Assembly: GCF_964213995.1 (NCBI RefSeq)
Contig: NC_135808.1
Location: 3,534,001 to 3,598,000, forward strand
Origin: Mustelus asterias
Lineage: Eukaryota
Reading direction: 5' to 3'
DNA length: 64,000 bases
Under the pieces are notes generated by a model, which worked only from the letters and a program-made list of their open reading frames with translations, had not been told where the DNA came from and made no database searches. Shown here one piece after another: positions 48,680 through 60,600 of this stretch. A program made the translations under genes and the position numbers. The number at the start of each line of letters is the position of its first letter. Position 1 is the stretch's first letter.

Positions 48680-51600
48680 GTAAGGAATATTAACATTTAT
48701 TTAAGTAATGATACAGTTCCACCTTCACAGCAAAATTGTATGTCTAATTAAGTTCTCTGCTGTTACAGAATTTAGTTGTTTGGTCAGTAGGCTTACTTTG
48801 GAAAAGCAGATAAGTCTCAGACTGCACATTGAAAAGGCAGTTCAGCAACAAGCTGCAACTTAAAATTCTTGTGCTTTAAATGTGTTATAATCACCCCTCA
48901 CTAACACCACCCATTTTACTTCTGTCACATCGCCTGACCTCCCCCGTCTCTGCAGTTGTTTCTGTACAGAATCTAAACCACCATTTGTCAAACAATGAAA
49001 CTTAGTTGTTGCTCCGACATTCCTCATTTCAACTCCGTGCCTATCGTTTTCTGGCAGACTGAGGAGTGGGGTGCTTTGACTCAAAGCTAACACTGGAATC
49101 AGACTTTCAAAAGGAGAGTCAGAAGAAAAAGCCAGACAGACAGCAAGGCCTGCTCTATAAGGGATGTTTCTGATTTATGTTAACACGGTGCAGTCATTTA
49201 TGTATTCAGTGATCATACAGACATAAGTTGCATCAAAGCAACTTAAGTGATTACTATTCTATTAGTTATTATTCTATATGTTTGCCTTACTCTGAGACAA
49301 AAGCAGATAAAATCACTCAACTCGTGTTGGCTTGGTTTGATGTGGTAAGAAGTTTAACAACACCAGGTTAAAGTCCAACAGGTTTATTTGGTAGCAAAAG
49401 CCACACAAGCTTTCGGAGCTCTAAGCCCCTTCTTCAGGTGAGTGGGAATTCTGTTCACAAACAGAGCTTATAAAGACACAGACTCAATTTACATGAATAA
49501 TGGTTGGAATGCGAATACTTACAACTAATCAAGTCTTTAAGAAACAAAACAATGTGAGTGGAGAGAGCATCAAGACAGGCTAAAAAGATGTGTATTGTCT
49601 CCAGACAAGACAGCCAGTGAAACTCTGCAGGTCCACGCAACTGTGGGAGTTACAAATAGTGTGACATGAACCCAATATCCCGGTTGAGGCCGTCCTCGTG
49701 TGTGGGGAACTTGGCTATCAGTTTCTGCTCAGCGACTCTGCGCTGTCATGTGTCGCAAAGGCCGCCTTGGAGAACGCTTACCCGAATATCAGAGGCCGAA
49801 TGCCCGTGACCACTGAAGTGCTCCCCAACAGGAAGAGAACAATCTTGCCTGGTGATTGTCGAGCGGTGTTCATTCATCCGTTGTCGCAGCGTCTGCATAG
49901 TTTCCCCAATGTACCATGCCTCGGGACATCCTTTCTTGCAGCGTATCAGGTAGACAACGTTGGCCGAATTGCAAGAGTATGTACCGTGTACCTGGTGGAT
50001 GGTGTTCTCACGTGAGATGATGGCATCTGTGTCGATGATCCGGCACGTCTTGCAGAGGTTGCTGTGGCAGGGTTGTGTGGTGTCATGGTCACTGTTCTCC
50101 TGAAGGCTGGGTAGTTTGCTGTGGACAATGGTCTGTTTGAGGTTGTGCGGTTGTTTGAAGGCAAGAAGTGGGGGTGTGGGGATGGCCTTGATGAGATGTT
50201 CGTCTTCATCAATGACATGTTGAAGGCTCCGGAGGAGATGCCGTAGCTTCTCCGCTCCGGGGAAGTACTGGACAACGAAGGGTACTCTGTCCACTGTGTC
50301 CCGTGTTTGTCTTCTGAGGAGGTCGGTGCGGTTTTTCGCTGTGGCGCGTTGGAACTGTTGATCAATGAGTCGAGCGCCATATCCTGTTCTTATGAGGGCA
50401 TCTTTCAGCGTCTGGAGGTGTCTGTTGCGATCCTCCTCATCCGAGCAGATCCTGTGTATACGGAGGGCTTGTCCATAGGGGATGGCTTCTTTAACGTGTT
50501 TAGGGTGGAAGCTGGAGAAGTGGAGCATCGTGAGGTTATCCGTGGGCTTGCGGTACAGTGAGGTGCTGAGGTGACCGTCCTTAATGGAGATGCGTGTGTC
50601 CAAGAATGCAACCGATTCCGGAGAGTAGTCTATGGTGAGCCTGATGGTGGGATGGAACTTGTTGATGTCATCATAGAGTTGTTTCAGTGATTGTTCACCA
50701 TGAGTCCAAAGGAAGAAAATGTCATCGATGTATCTAGTGTATAGCATCGGTTGAAGGTCCCGTGCGGTGAAGAAGTCTTGTTCGAACCTGTGCATGAAGA
50801 TGTTGGCATATTGAGGTGCGGATTTGGTCCCCATGGCTGTTCCGTGTGTCTGGATGAAGAACTGGTTGTTGAAGGTGAAGATATTGTGGTCCAGGATGAA
50901 GCGGATGAGATGTAAAATTGCATCTGGAAACTGGCAGTTGTTGGTGAACTGTTGGGAGAACAGTGACCATGACACCACACAACCCTGCCACAGCAACCTC
51001 TGCAAGACATGCCGGATCATCGACACAGATGCCATCATCTCACGTGAGAACACCATCCACCAGGTACACGGTACATACTCTTGCAATTCGGCCAATGTTG
51101 TCTACCTGATACGCTGCAAGAAAGGATGTCCCGAGGCATGGTACATTGGGGAAACTATGCAGACGCTGCGACAACGGATGAATGAACACCGCTCGACAAT
51201 CACCAGGCAAGACTGTTCTCTTCCTGTTGGGGAGCACTTCAGTGGTCACGGGCATTCGGCCTCTGATATTCGGGTAAGCGTTCTCCAAGGCGGCCTTCGC
51301 GACACATGACAGCGCAGAGTCACTGAGCAGAAACTGATAGCCAAGTTCCGCACACACGAGGATGGCCTCAACCGGGATATTGGGTTCATGTCACACTATT
51401 TGTAACTCCCACAGTTGCGTGGACCTGCAGAGTTTCACTGGCTGTCTTGTCTGGAGAGAATACACATCTTTTTAGCCTGTCTTGATGCTCTCTCCACTCA
51501 CATTGTTTTGTTTCTTAAAGACTTGATTAGTTGTAAGTATTCGCATTCCAACCATTATTCATGTAAATTGAGTCTGTGTCTTTATAAGCTCTGTTTGTGA

Positions 51601-54600
51601 ACAGAATTCCCACTCACCTGAAGAAGGGGCTTAGAGCTCCGAAAGCTTGTGTGGCTTTTGCTACCAAATAAACCTGTTGGACTTTAACCTGGTGTTGTTA
51701 AACTTCTTACTGTGTTTACCCCAGTCCAACGCCGGCATCTCCACATCTTGGTTTGATGTCACAGAGATGTAGACCCTAGTGCATGGAGTTGCAATGTCAT
51801 CTAAAATGAATAGGAATTTGCCGTACATGTTCACACATACATACCCTTCAGCATGGAAACATAGAAGATAGGAGCACGAGAAGGCCAGTTGAGCCTGCTC
51901 CAGCACTCATCACGATCATGGCTGATCGTCCAACTCAATTGCCTAATCCTGCTTTCTTCACATAACCTTTGATTCCATTTGCCCCAAGTGCTATATCCAG
52001 CTGCTTCTTGAATACATTCAATGTTTTTGTACCAACTACTTCTTATGGTATTGAATTCCACTGGTTCACCACTCTTTGGGTGAAGAAATGTCTCCTCATC
52101 TCAGTCCTAAATGGTCTACTCCAAATCCTCAGATTGTGACCCCTGGTTTTGGACTCCCCTACTGTCGGGAACATCCTTCCTGCATCTACCTTGTCTAGTC
52201 CTGTTAGAATTTTATAAGTCTCTATGAGATCCCCTCTCATTCGTCTGAACTCCAGCGAAAACAATCCTAACCTAGTCAATCTCTCCTCATACATCAGACC
52301 TGCCATTCCCAGAATCAGCCTGGTAAACCTTCGCCGCACTCCCTCGAGAGCAAGAACATCTTTCCTCCGAAAAAGAGACCAAAACAGCACACAATGTTCT
52401 AGGATTACTGTGTCACTCTTTATCCTATGTGGCACAGCATATTTTCCTTTAAGATGATTCTAAATAGTTTGAAGTCTATCAAATGGAGATGCTTGTACCA
52501 GGTATGGTAACGATTGACACAGTATAGAACCCAGTAATTGTGCTGAATGATAGGTGTGTGGGGAAGGAAAATTCCTATTCACTGGGTAAGGTTTATTAAG
52601 GACAGATTATATTCAGCAAGGCTGACTGACTTACTGTTTCACTGCAATTATATACAGAGGACATATTGAGCTAAATGAATGACTACAACTCAAATATAAT
52701 TTGATTTAATTGAACCTGATGATAGAATTGATGTTTTGTGGGATAAAACGGTTACCATGTTTAGCATAATTAATGTGTTCCTGAAAAACAACATGTTAAA
52801 TGAAAACCTGCTCATCAAAAATCATTTTCCCCACAAGAATACAGGTATTAAAGGGTGGGTTATATTCCTGACCTGAAAATTTTAAAGTAAGCACCGAGCT
52901 GGGTGACTCTGGGGGCTGAGGGGGGCTGACTCTGGGGGCGGATAAGAACCCTGCTGATGTTAAAAGCAAGGGTCTCCCAAAACCCAGAAGGGTAACTTGG
53001 AACGCCAGTTCTTATTGGTGTATATTTTCAATTTGTATACTGAGAGAAAAGATATGCAAAACCAGTGAGGAATAGTCTAATTGTTTTGTGATCAATTAAA
53101 AATAATATTCATTAACTGAACAGAAAACCACACTTAACTACACAAATGGCTATACACACAGTATTACATGAAGTTACACCTTGGTTCCCAATTACCTATG
53201 TTTCCTCAATTCTGAGGTGCTCCTTTGTTCCCAAGAAACATCCAATATTAAAAACTCAATGAGCCAAGTCCAGCAGATAATTACCATGCACAGGTTATTT
53301 CTTCACGTTTGGGAAAACCATCTTCAGTTTCAACGGGGCAAAATCTTCTCAGATCTAATTTGCGATCTTAACTGGCTGCCATTTTTGCAAAACTGTTTTT
53401 CAGGAGACTTACTGCAGTTGGGTATGGCTGTGATTGTAGCTGCAACTTTGTGCCTTTCTCCAGTTCTTGTGTTATGGATATATAATTCTTTCCCTTTGAT
53501 GTTGCCCACCCTAGTTTTCAGCAGATACATGTCAATTTTCTTATCTTTCCACTTTGAAGTTCTCTCTTCTATACTCCATTGTTTTCCTTGAGTCACATAG
53601 GTAAACACTCACTTCTCTCACTGGTATGCTACTTCACATATTAAAATCCCTTCAGACAGCTGTCCTATACAATTTCCTTTTTTTTATTTTATCCCAATTT
53701 CATTTTTTAAATCTTAACTTCCCCCAAGTTTTAAATGAAATGTCATAATTTGAAAGACAATTTCACAGCATTGTGTGCATTTGACAAGAGTGGCTGGGAA
53801 CAACTGTTCTCCCAGAAATCTTTTAAGGGCTGCAGCCATTTGAAGTAAGAGTGAATCTTTCCCCCCCCGGAATTGAACCCATTAGTACCAGAAGACTATC
53901 AACATGGGAAATATGGGCACAGTCCAGTCATTTAAATGCCAGTACAGATTCCAGAATTTCAGGTGTAAATCTCTAGTTTTCTTTTACAACTAAACTCTTC
54001 CATGGACTGCTGCTCTGATTTTCAAAACCGATCAAAGATTGCCCAGGCTTCATACGCTTCCAATAATTTGCCCTTTTTGTAAATCTAATCCAAACATTGT
54101 AACAGAAGATCCGATCCCTCTTCTTGATCCAGATCATCCTCTGAAAATACCTTACTCCATATTCTACTTTTGGTTGGGAATGATAATACTATTGCCATAC
54201 CTTGCTTCTTTCAGGGTTTGGAAATAACCCAGGGCCACATTTCAACTTCAGCTTTCCATCACTGATATGGTTCAGAGTCAGAAAAACTTGATGGATAGTC
54301 AAAACTTGCAATTTTGCACCATTCTGTAACTTAAATTGTCAGCAATAGTACACTTGTTTTCATCAGAGGATGGAGACAAAAGGCTTCACATACAGCAGTC
54401 AGTCACCAAGCTTAAGGCTCATCCTCTGTGACCATTGCTACTCACAATAATTGGTTGTGGTGTAAGAATCGCTCCAGACTGGTCTATGGGTTCAAGCTAT
54501 TTTATTGTAAACCTCTTTCTCAGAGCTGCTGGCCTGCAAGGAGCTCAACCCACAAAGCGGCGAGTACAGGATTGAACCCCAACCTTGGCATTATTAGCAC

Positions 54601-57600
54601 CACACTCTATCCACCTGATTCAACCAGTCAGCTTCAGTGTTGAAGCTGTTTCTATTTATAATACAATCAGTGTTTCTTTATTTCCAAGATAATACAATCA
54701 GTGTCACAGCTTGTACTGGCAATTCTCTTAACAAGGTAATTACCAAACTCTGATTAGTAGTGTATTGACATTTTCTTCCAATTGCTAGATAGAAAATTGA
54801 TTTAATTTTCTGTTCATATTAAGCAGCTTTATTTATCGTTGTTTGAGAAGGGATGGGAATGGCAATTTTTAAAAGTTTAATATTTAAGATATTGGAAGTT
54901 GAAGTAAATTAATTGGACCATAATTCCACAGGTAAATTCACAGTTAATGGGCCAAGTCATCCTGTTGTAGCCATTGTGGGCAAAGATGTTCTATTGGAAT
55001 GTTTGCTTAAGCCAGAAATATCCGTCATCGGCAACATGGTGGTGCGATGGTTTAAATCAGGCATTGGTTCAGCAGTACACGTGTACAGAAATGGCGAAGA
55101 TGACACTTCTGCTCAGGATCATGGTTACAGAGGAAGGACTGAACTGTTTAAAGATGAATTGACCAAAGGAAACATTTCTCTTCGAATAAAGAACACAAGG
55201 GTGCATGATGAAGGGAAATACATATGTTCAGTTGATGGTGAAACAGATTTTGAAGAAACTACAGTTGAGCTGAAAGTTGGAGGTAAGTGAACACACCTAC
55301 TTACAAACTAATACCATTGGGAAAATAACATGGCTTATTAAACTGTTTTGGGTCAACATTCAAGTGCTTTGTTTCGAAACAAAAATACTCTTGTTGAATC
55401 ACTCTGGGCTGAACGTATTTTCTTAATGAAATGTACCAGTGCACAAATATTTAGAAGAGGAAAGGAAGATTTTTGTTTCAACATCCCTTCCTCTTCTAAT
55501 ATTTGTGCACTGTACATTTCATTAAGAAAATATGTTCAGTCCAGATTGATTCAAAAGGACACAGGCTAAGGAATGTTGTAATGAAGCATCTTCAGATCAC
55601 CCAGGGAAATGAGGAAACAAACCTTGTGTTTAACTAATTCAAGTCAAATCAGTCTACAGACTGAGTCATCAAAATGCCCCTTTTGTCAAATTAGAGCTGT
55701 TTGACCCTAATTCTAAGGATTGGATTCAATATGTTAAGCGTTTACAATACTTTTTTTCGGGCAAACAAAATGAAGGGTGGAGAAGAGAAAGGTCATACTG
55801 TTTACAGTCTGCCGACCCCAAACCTGTAATTTAATCAGGAGCTTGGTTGGAAAGGCACCTGATCAGGCAACTGAATGAGTGGTGGTTTGACATGAGAATG
55901 ATTATTGCTGGGCTAAATATCCACAGCATCAGGCAATGCCACTGCACCTTTCAGATCCCTGCAGTCCTGAAGGAAGTGTTTAATGTTTCCCACACAGCTC
56001 AAAGAGATAAAATCAACTGGATCCTGCAATTAGTGTACTGTACCCACCTGATCACACATTTTTGTGTGGTTTCTTACTGCTTCGCTCCATTTTTAGAGAT
56101 ATCGGTCTTTCAGAAGGTATTGAAAAGTCATGTGTTATTTTGACTTCCCAGTGAAATGATACTTCACTCATTGAACCTGCATGCCCTGTATATTGGTATC
56201 GAGGCAGTGTACTTCTTTATTAGGTGTTCACCCATTTCACTATCATTGATGGTAGAAAATGTGTGCTCCTTTATATCATAAAAATTAGATTCAGCTCATG
56301 TGAATCTAATGGTTTTGACTGCACAAATCCTGGTCTTGATGAGCATGTATCATTATTGGAAAGATTGTGGGACCTGTGGATCAATCACCATCTTGACTCA
56401 TGCTCTTTCATGTAACTGGAGGCTGGACAAGTTGGAGCAATGAGTTTAGAATCAGTTGTTTTTACATTTTGAGTGTTTTCTTCCTGCATTCTACTTTCTG
56501 GGTGTACACTGTTGGGTCACAAAAATGGTCTCTGTAGTAATTCAGCCAGACGCCAGTTTCCCGTCACCACAGACCCTTTATTGTGTACCAAAGAGAAGGG
56601 CCACAGCTAGATTGTCTATACATCGGGACCTACAATGCCACTCTGAGCTGAGCAGCAGGTTTGTAAGCCTCTGCTGTCTGTGTCTCATTGGGGAATCTCC
56701 GCTAGTTCGGTAAGGAAGCTCGCACGCCACAAAGCCCACAAGGAAATCTATTGATGATCCTTCACGGCCATTACAGCAGTCTGATTATATCACTCAATAA
56801 TGATAAAATAATATTTTCCATCGTTCGAGATTGTTAACAAATGTTATTTTTAAATATAAAAATTAATCGTTGTAGGTTTGGGACATGAGCACTGGATCCA
56901 GATAGAGGGATATCATAAAAATGGAATTCAGCTCGTGTGTGAATCTAATGGATGGTTCCCTAAGCCGGAGCTAATGTGGACTGGTGGAGATGGACAGAAA
57001 CTCACAGCACAACCTCAACTAAGGTTCCAAGAGGACTCGGAAGGTCTTGTAACTGTCCAGAGCAATGTTGCTGTAACAAAAGATTCATCAACCAGATTCA
57101 GGTGCCTCATACAGAACAATCTGTTGAGAAAAGAACAAGAAGCAACTATCCAGATATCAGGTCTGTAAATTATAAAATACAGTCAATTAAAGGGAATAGT
57201 GATTGATTTACAAAAATGCCATAAATCAAACTGGGATTAAGATATTCTCCCGTTAAAGTTAATTTGAGAGCGTTAACCTTGATGATTAATTTCAGTATTT
57301 TTGTGTAAATGGGGTGATCCTTAAAAACCTGGATATTAGTTAAAAATGTGACTTCTTGACATAAACTATTCCAATTCTCAAGACTAGAATAATTTCCATA
57401 AAGAGGGTAGTGGACAGTTGTATTGAGAACCCCACGGATGTTAAAAGCGAGGGTATCACAAAACCCAGAAGGGTAACTTGGAACACCCGTTCTTAGTGGT
57501 GTATATTTTCAATTTGGTATAATGTGAGAAAGCCAGGGAAGAATAGTCTATTTGTTGAGTGATCAATTAAAAATTAAATTTATTAACTTAAAAGAAAAAC

Positions 57601-60600
57601 ACACAAGGAATATAACGCACTACAACAGTACACTCAAGTATACTGATGGCTACATACACACAGTATTACATGAAGTTACCCCTTTGTTCCCAACTATTTA
57701 CACTTTCTGAACTCTGAGACACCGTTTTTTTCCCCGAAAACTTCCAATATGATATAACTCTGAGATAAATCCAACAGATAATTACCACCCACAAGTTTGT
57801 CCACGTTTGTGAAAACCGTCTTCAGTCTCAGCAAAGTCTCTTCTCAGTCTCTTCTGTTTGAGTTTTGGGATTTTAACCAGCAATAACGTTTTGTGGGGGG
57901 GCTGTTTTCTGCAGCTGGGTCTGGCTGTGATGGTAGTTGCTTCTACTGTGTTTCTTTCTTCAGTTATTGTGCTATGGACATATCATTCTTTCTCTTTGAT
58001 GGTACCCATCCAGTGGACCTGGATTTTAGCATATAATGAAAATTCCCTTATCTCTCCACTTGGAAGTTACCTCTTCTATACCCCACAATTGAAGTAATGT
58101 TGTTTACTTTCTTGTGAATTTTTCTTGAGTAACTCTATCTTCTGGGGATTATAATTTTAATCAGCTGCTATATTTGGGTATTATGAGACCATAAGTCATT
58201 AGCAGCAGAAGTAGGCCATTTGGCCCATCGAGTCTGCTCTGCCATTCAAGGAGATCATGACTGATCTGATGTGATAATCCTCAACTCCACTTTATCACGT
58301 TATCTCCATAATCCTTGACTCCCTTACTGATTAAAAATTTGTCCATCTCAGCCTTGAACATACTGAATGACCCAGCCTCTGCAGCCCTCCACGGATTCAC
58401 TACCCTCTGAGAGAAGAAATTCCTCTGAATCTCTATCTTAAATGGGTGACCCCTTACTCTGAGATTATGCTCTTTGGTCCTGACTCTCCCACAAGGGGAA
58501 ACAGCTGTCTACCCTGACAAGCCCCCTGAGAATTCTATGCATCTCAAGAAGGTCACCTGATTTTGGTTCTTCAGTCCAGCAACAGATTAAATATTCATCA
58601 TGTTCCCTTATTCTTCTCAAAGGGGATGTTTAAATGCACTTAGGGAAGAACAGTATGGAGATAATGCAAAGGGAGATTGAAGAATTGTCCAATTTAAAAC
58701 AAAAACTACTCCCGATGCTATTTTCTCAGCCAGTTGAGGAGCAGCTGGTTAGACACATCAACATATTGCACAACACATGGTGTAAGAGGAAAGCTTTCAG
58801 ATATTTAGCACATTAGAATGAATTCAAAAACTCTGGTGGAAGCTGCACTGATATTCTGAGTTCACCTAAATCTAGCATAACACAGTGCTCAAAGGTTTAA
58901 GTTAAATAAAGGAGAGAGAGGGAAACCTTAGGGTACATTGTCTAAGATTATCAATACAATGAACTGTTAGGAATTTGGAAGTTAACAAGGTTAATAGTTT
59001 AATCCCCAGATCTCAGTAACATTCTAGCATTCCTTCCTGGAATGAGCAGGAACCGGCTGTTGGCCTGTGGAAAATGATGTGGAGATGCCGGCGTTGGACT
59101 GGGGTGAACACAGTAAGAAGTCTCACAACACCAGGTTAAAGTCCAACAGGTTTATTTGGTAGCAAATACCATAAGCTTTCGGAGCACTGCTCCTTCATCA
59201 GATGGAGTGGAAATCTGCTCTCAAACAGTGCAAACAGTGATTCTGTCTGTTTGCGCTGTTTGAGAGCAGATTTCCACTCCATCTGACGAAGGAGCAGTGC
59301 TCCGAAAGCTTATGGTATCTGCTACCAAATAAACCTGTTGGACTTTAACCTGGTGTTGTGAGACTTCTTACTGTGGAAAATGGCCAGTCAATTGCTGCCT
59401 ACCAACTTGTAGGTACATCTGGGGAATGGGTGGCACGTGGGGTATTCAGGGTAAGGGAGGCCAAAACTTTCCTTATGGGGCCTGAAGAGCACTGCAGCTT
59501 CTCCTGGACCAGGTTAAATTCCAACAGGTTTATTTGGTAGCACAAGCTTTCGGAGTGTCGCTCCTTCTTCAGGTGAGTGAGGAGTTGTGTTCACAAACAG
59601 GGCAAATATAGACACAAACTCAATTTACAAGATAATGGTTGGAATGCGAGTCTTTACAGGTAATCAAGTCTTAAAGGTACAGACAATATGAGTGGAGAGA
59701 GGGTTAAGCACAGGTTAAAGAGATGCGTATTGTCTCCAGACAGGACAGTTAGTGAGATTTTGCAAGCCCAGGCAAGTCGTGGGGGTTACAGATAGTGTGA
59801 CATGAACCCAAGATCCTGGTTGAGGCCGTCGTCGTGTGCGGAACTTGGTTATCAGTCTCTGCTCAGCGACTCTGCGCTGTCGTGTGTCGTGAAGGTCGCC
59901 TTGGAGAATGCTTACCCAAAGATTAGAGACCGAATGCCCGTGACTGCTGAAGTGTTCCCCAACAGGAAGAGAACACTCTTGCCTGGTGATTGTCGAGCGG
60001 TGTTCATTCGTCCGCTGTCGTAGTGTCTGCATGGTCTCCCCAATGTACCATGCCTCGGGACATCCCTTCCTCCAGTGTTGGCCGAGTCGCAAGGGTATGT
60101 ACCTTGTACCTGATGAATGATGTTTTCACGTGAGATGATGGCATCCGTGTGGATGATCCGGCACGTCTTGCAGAGGTTGCTGTGGCAGGGTTGTGTGGTG
60201 TCGTGGTCACTGTTCTCCTGAAGGCTGGGTAGTTTTCTGCGGTCAATGGTCTGTTTGAGGTTGTGCGGTTGTTTGAGGGCAAGAAGTGGGGATGTGGGAA
60301 TGGCCTTGGTGAGATGTTCGTCTTCATCGATGACATGTTGAGGGCTCTGCAAACGTGCCGGATCATCGACACGGATGCCATCATCTCACGTGAGAACACC
60401 ATCCACCAGGTACACGTTACATACTCTTGCGACTCGGCCAACGTTGTCTACTTGATACGCTGCAGGAAAGGATGTCCCGAGGCATGGTACATTGGGGAGA
60501 CCATGCAGACGCTACGACAACGGATGAATGAACACCGCTCGACAATCACCAGGCAGGAGTGTTCTCTTCCTGTTGGGGAACACTCACCTGAAGAAGGAGC

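Noticed and set aside
49746-51095. 449-aa ORF as a complete Penelope protein
   Set aside because: Its N-terminus is the antisense of the inverted arm fused across the fold-back junction; the RT N-terminal half is missing and the C-terminus is truncated by a stop
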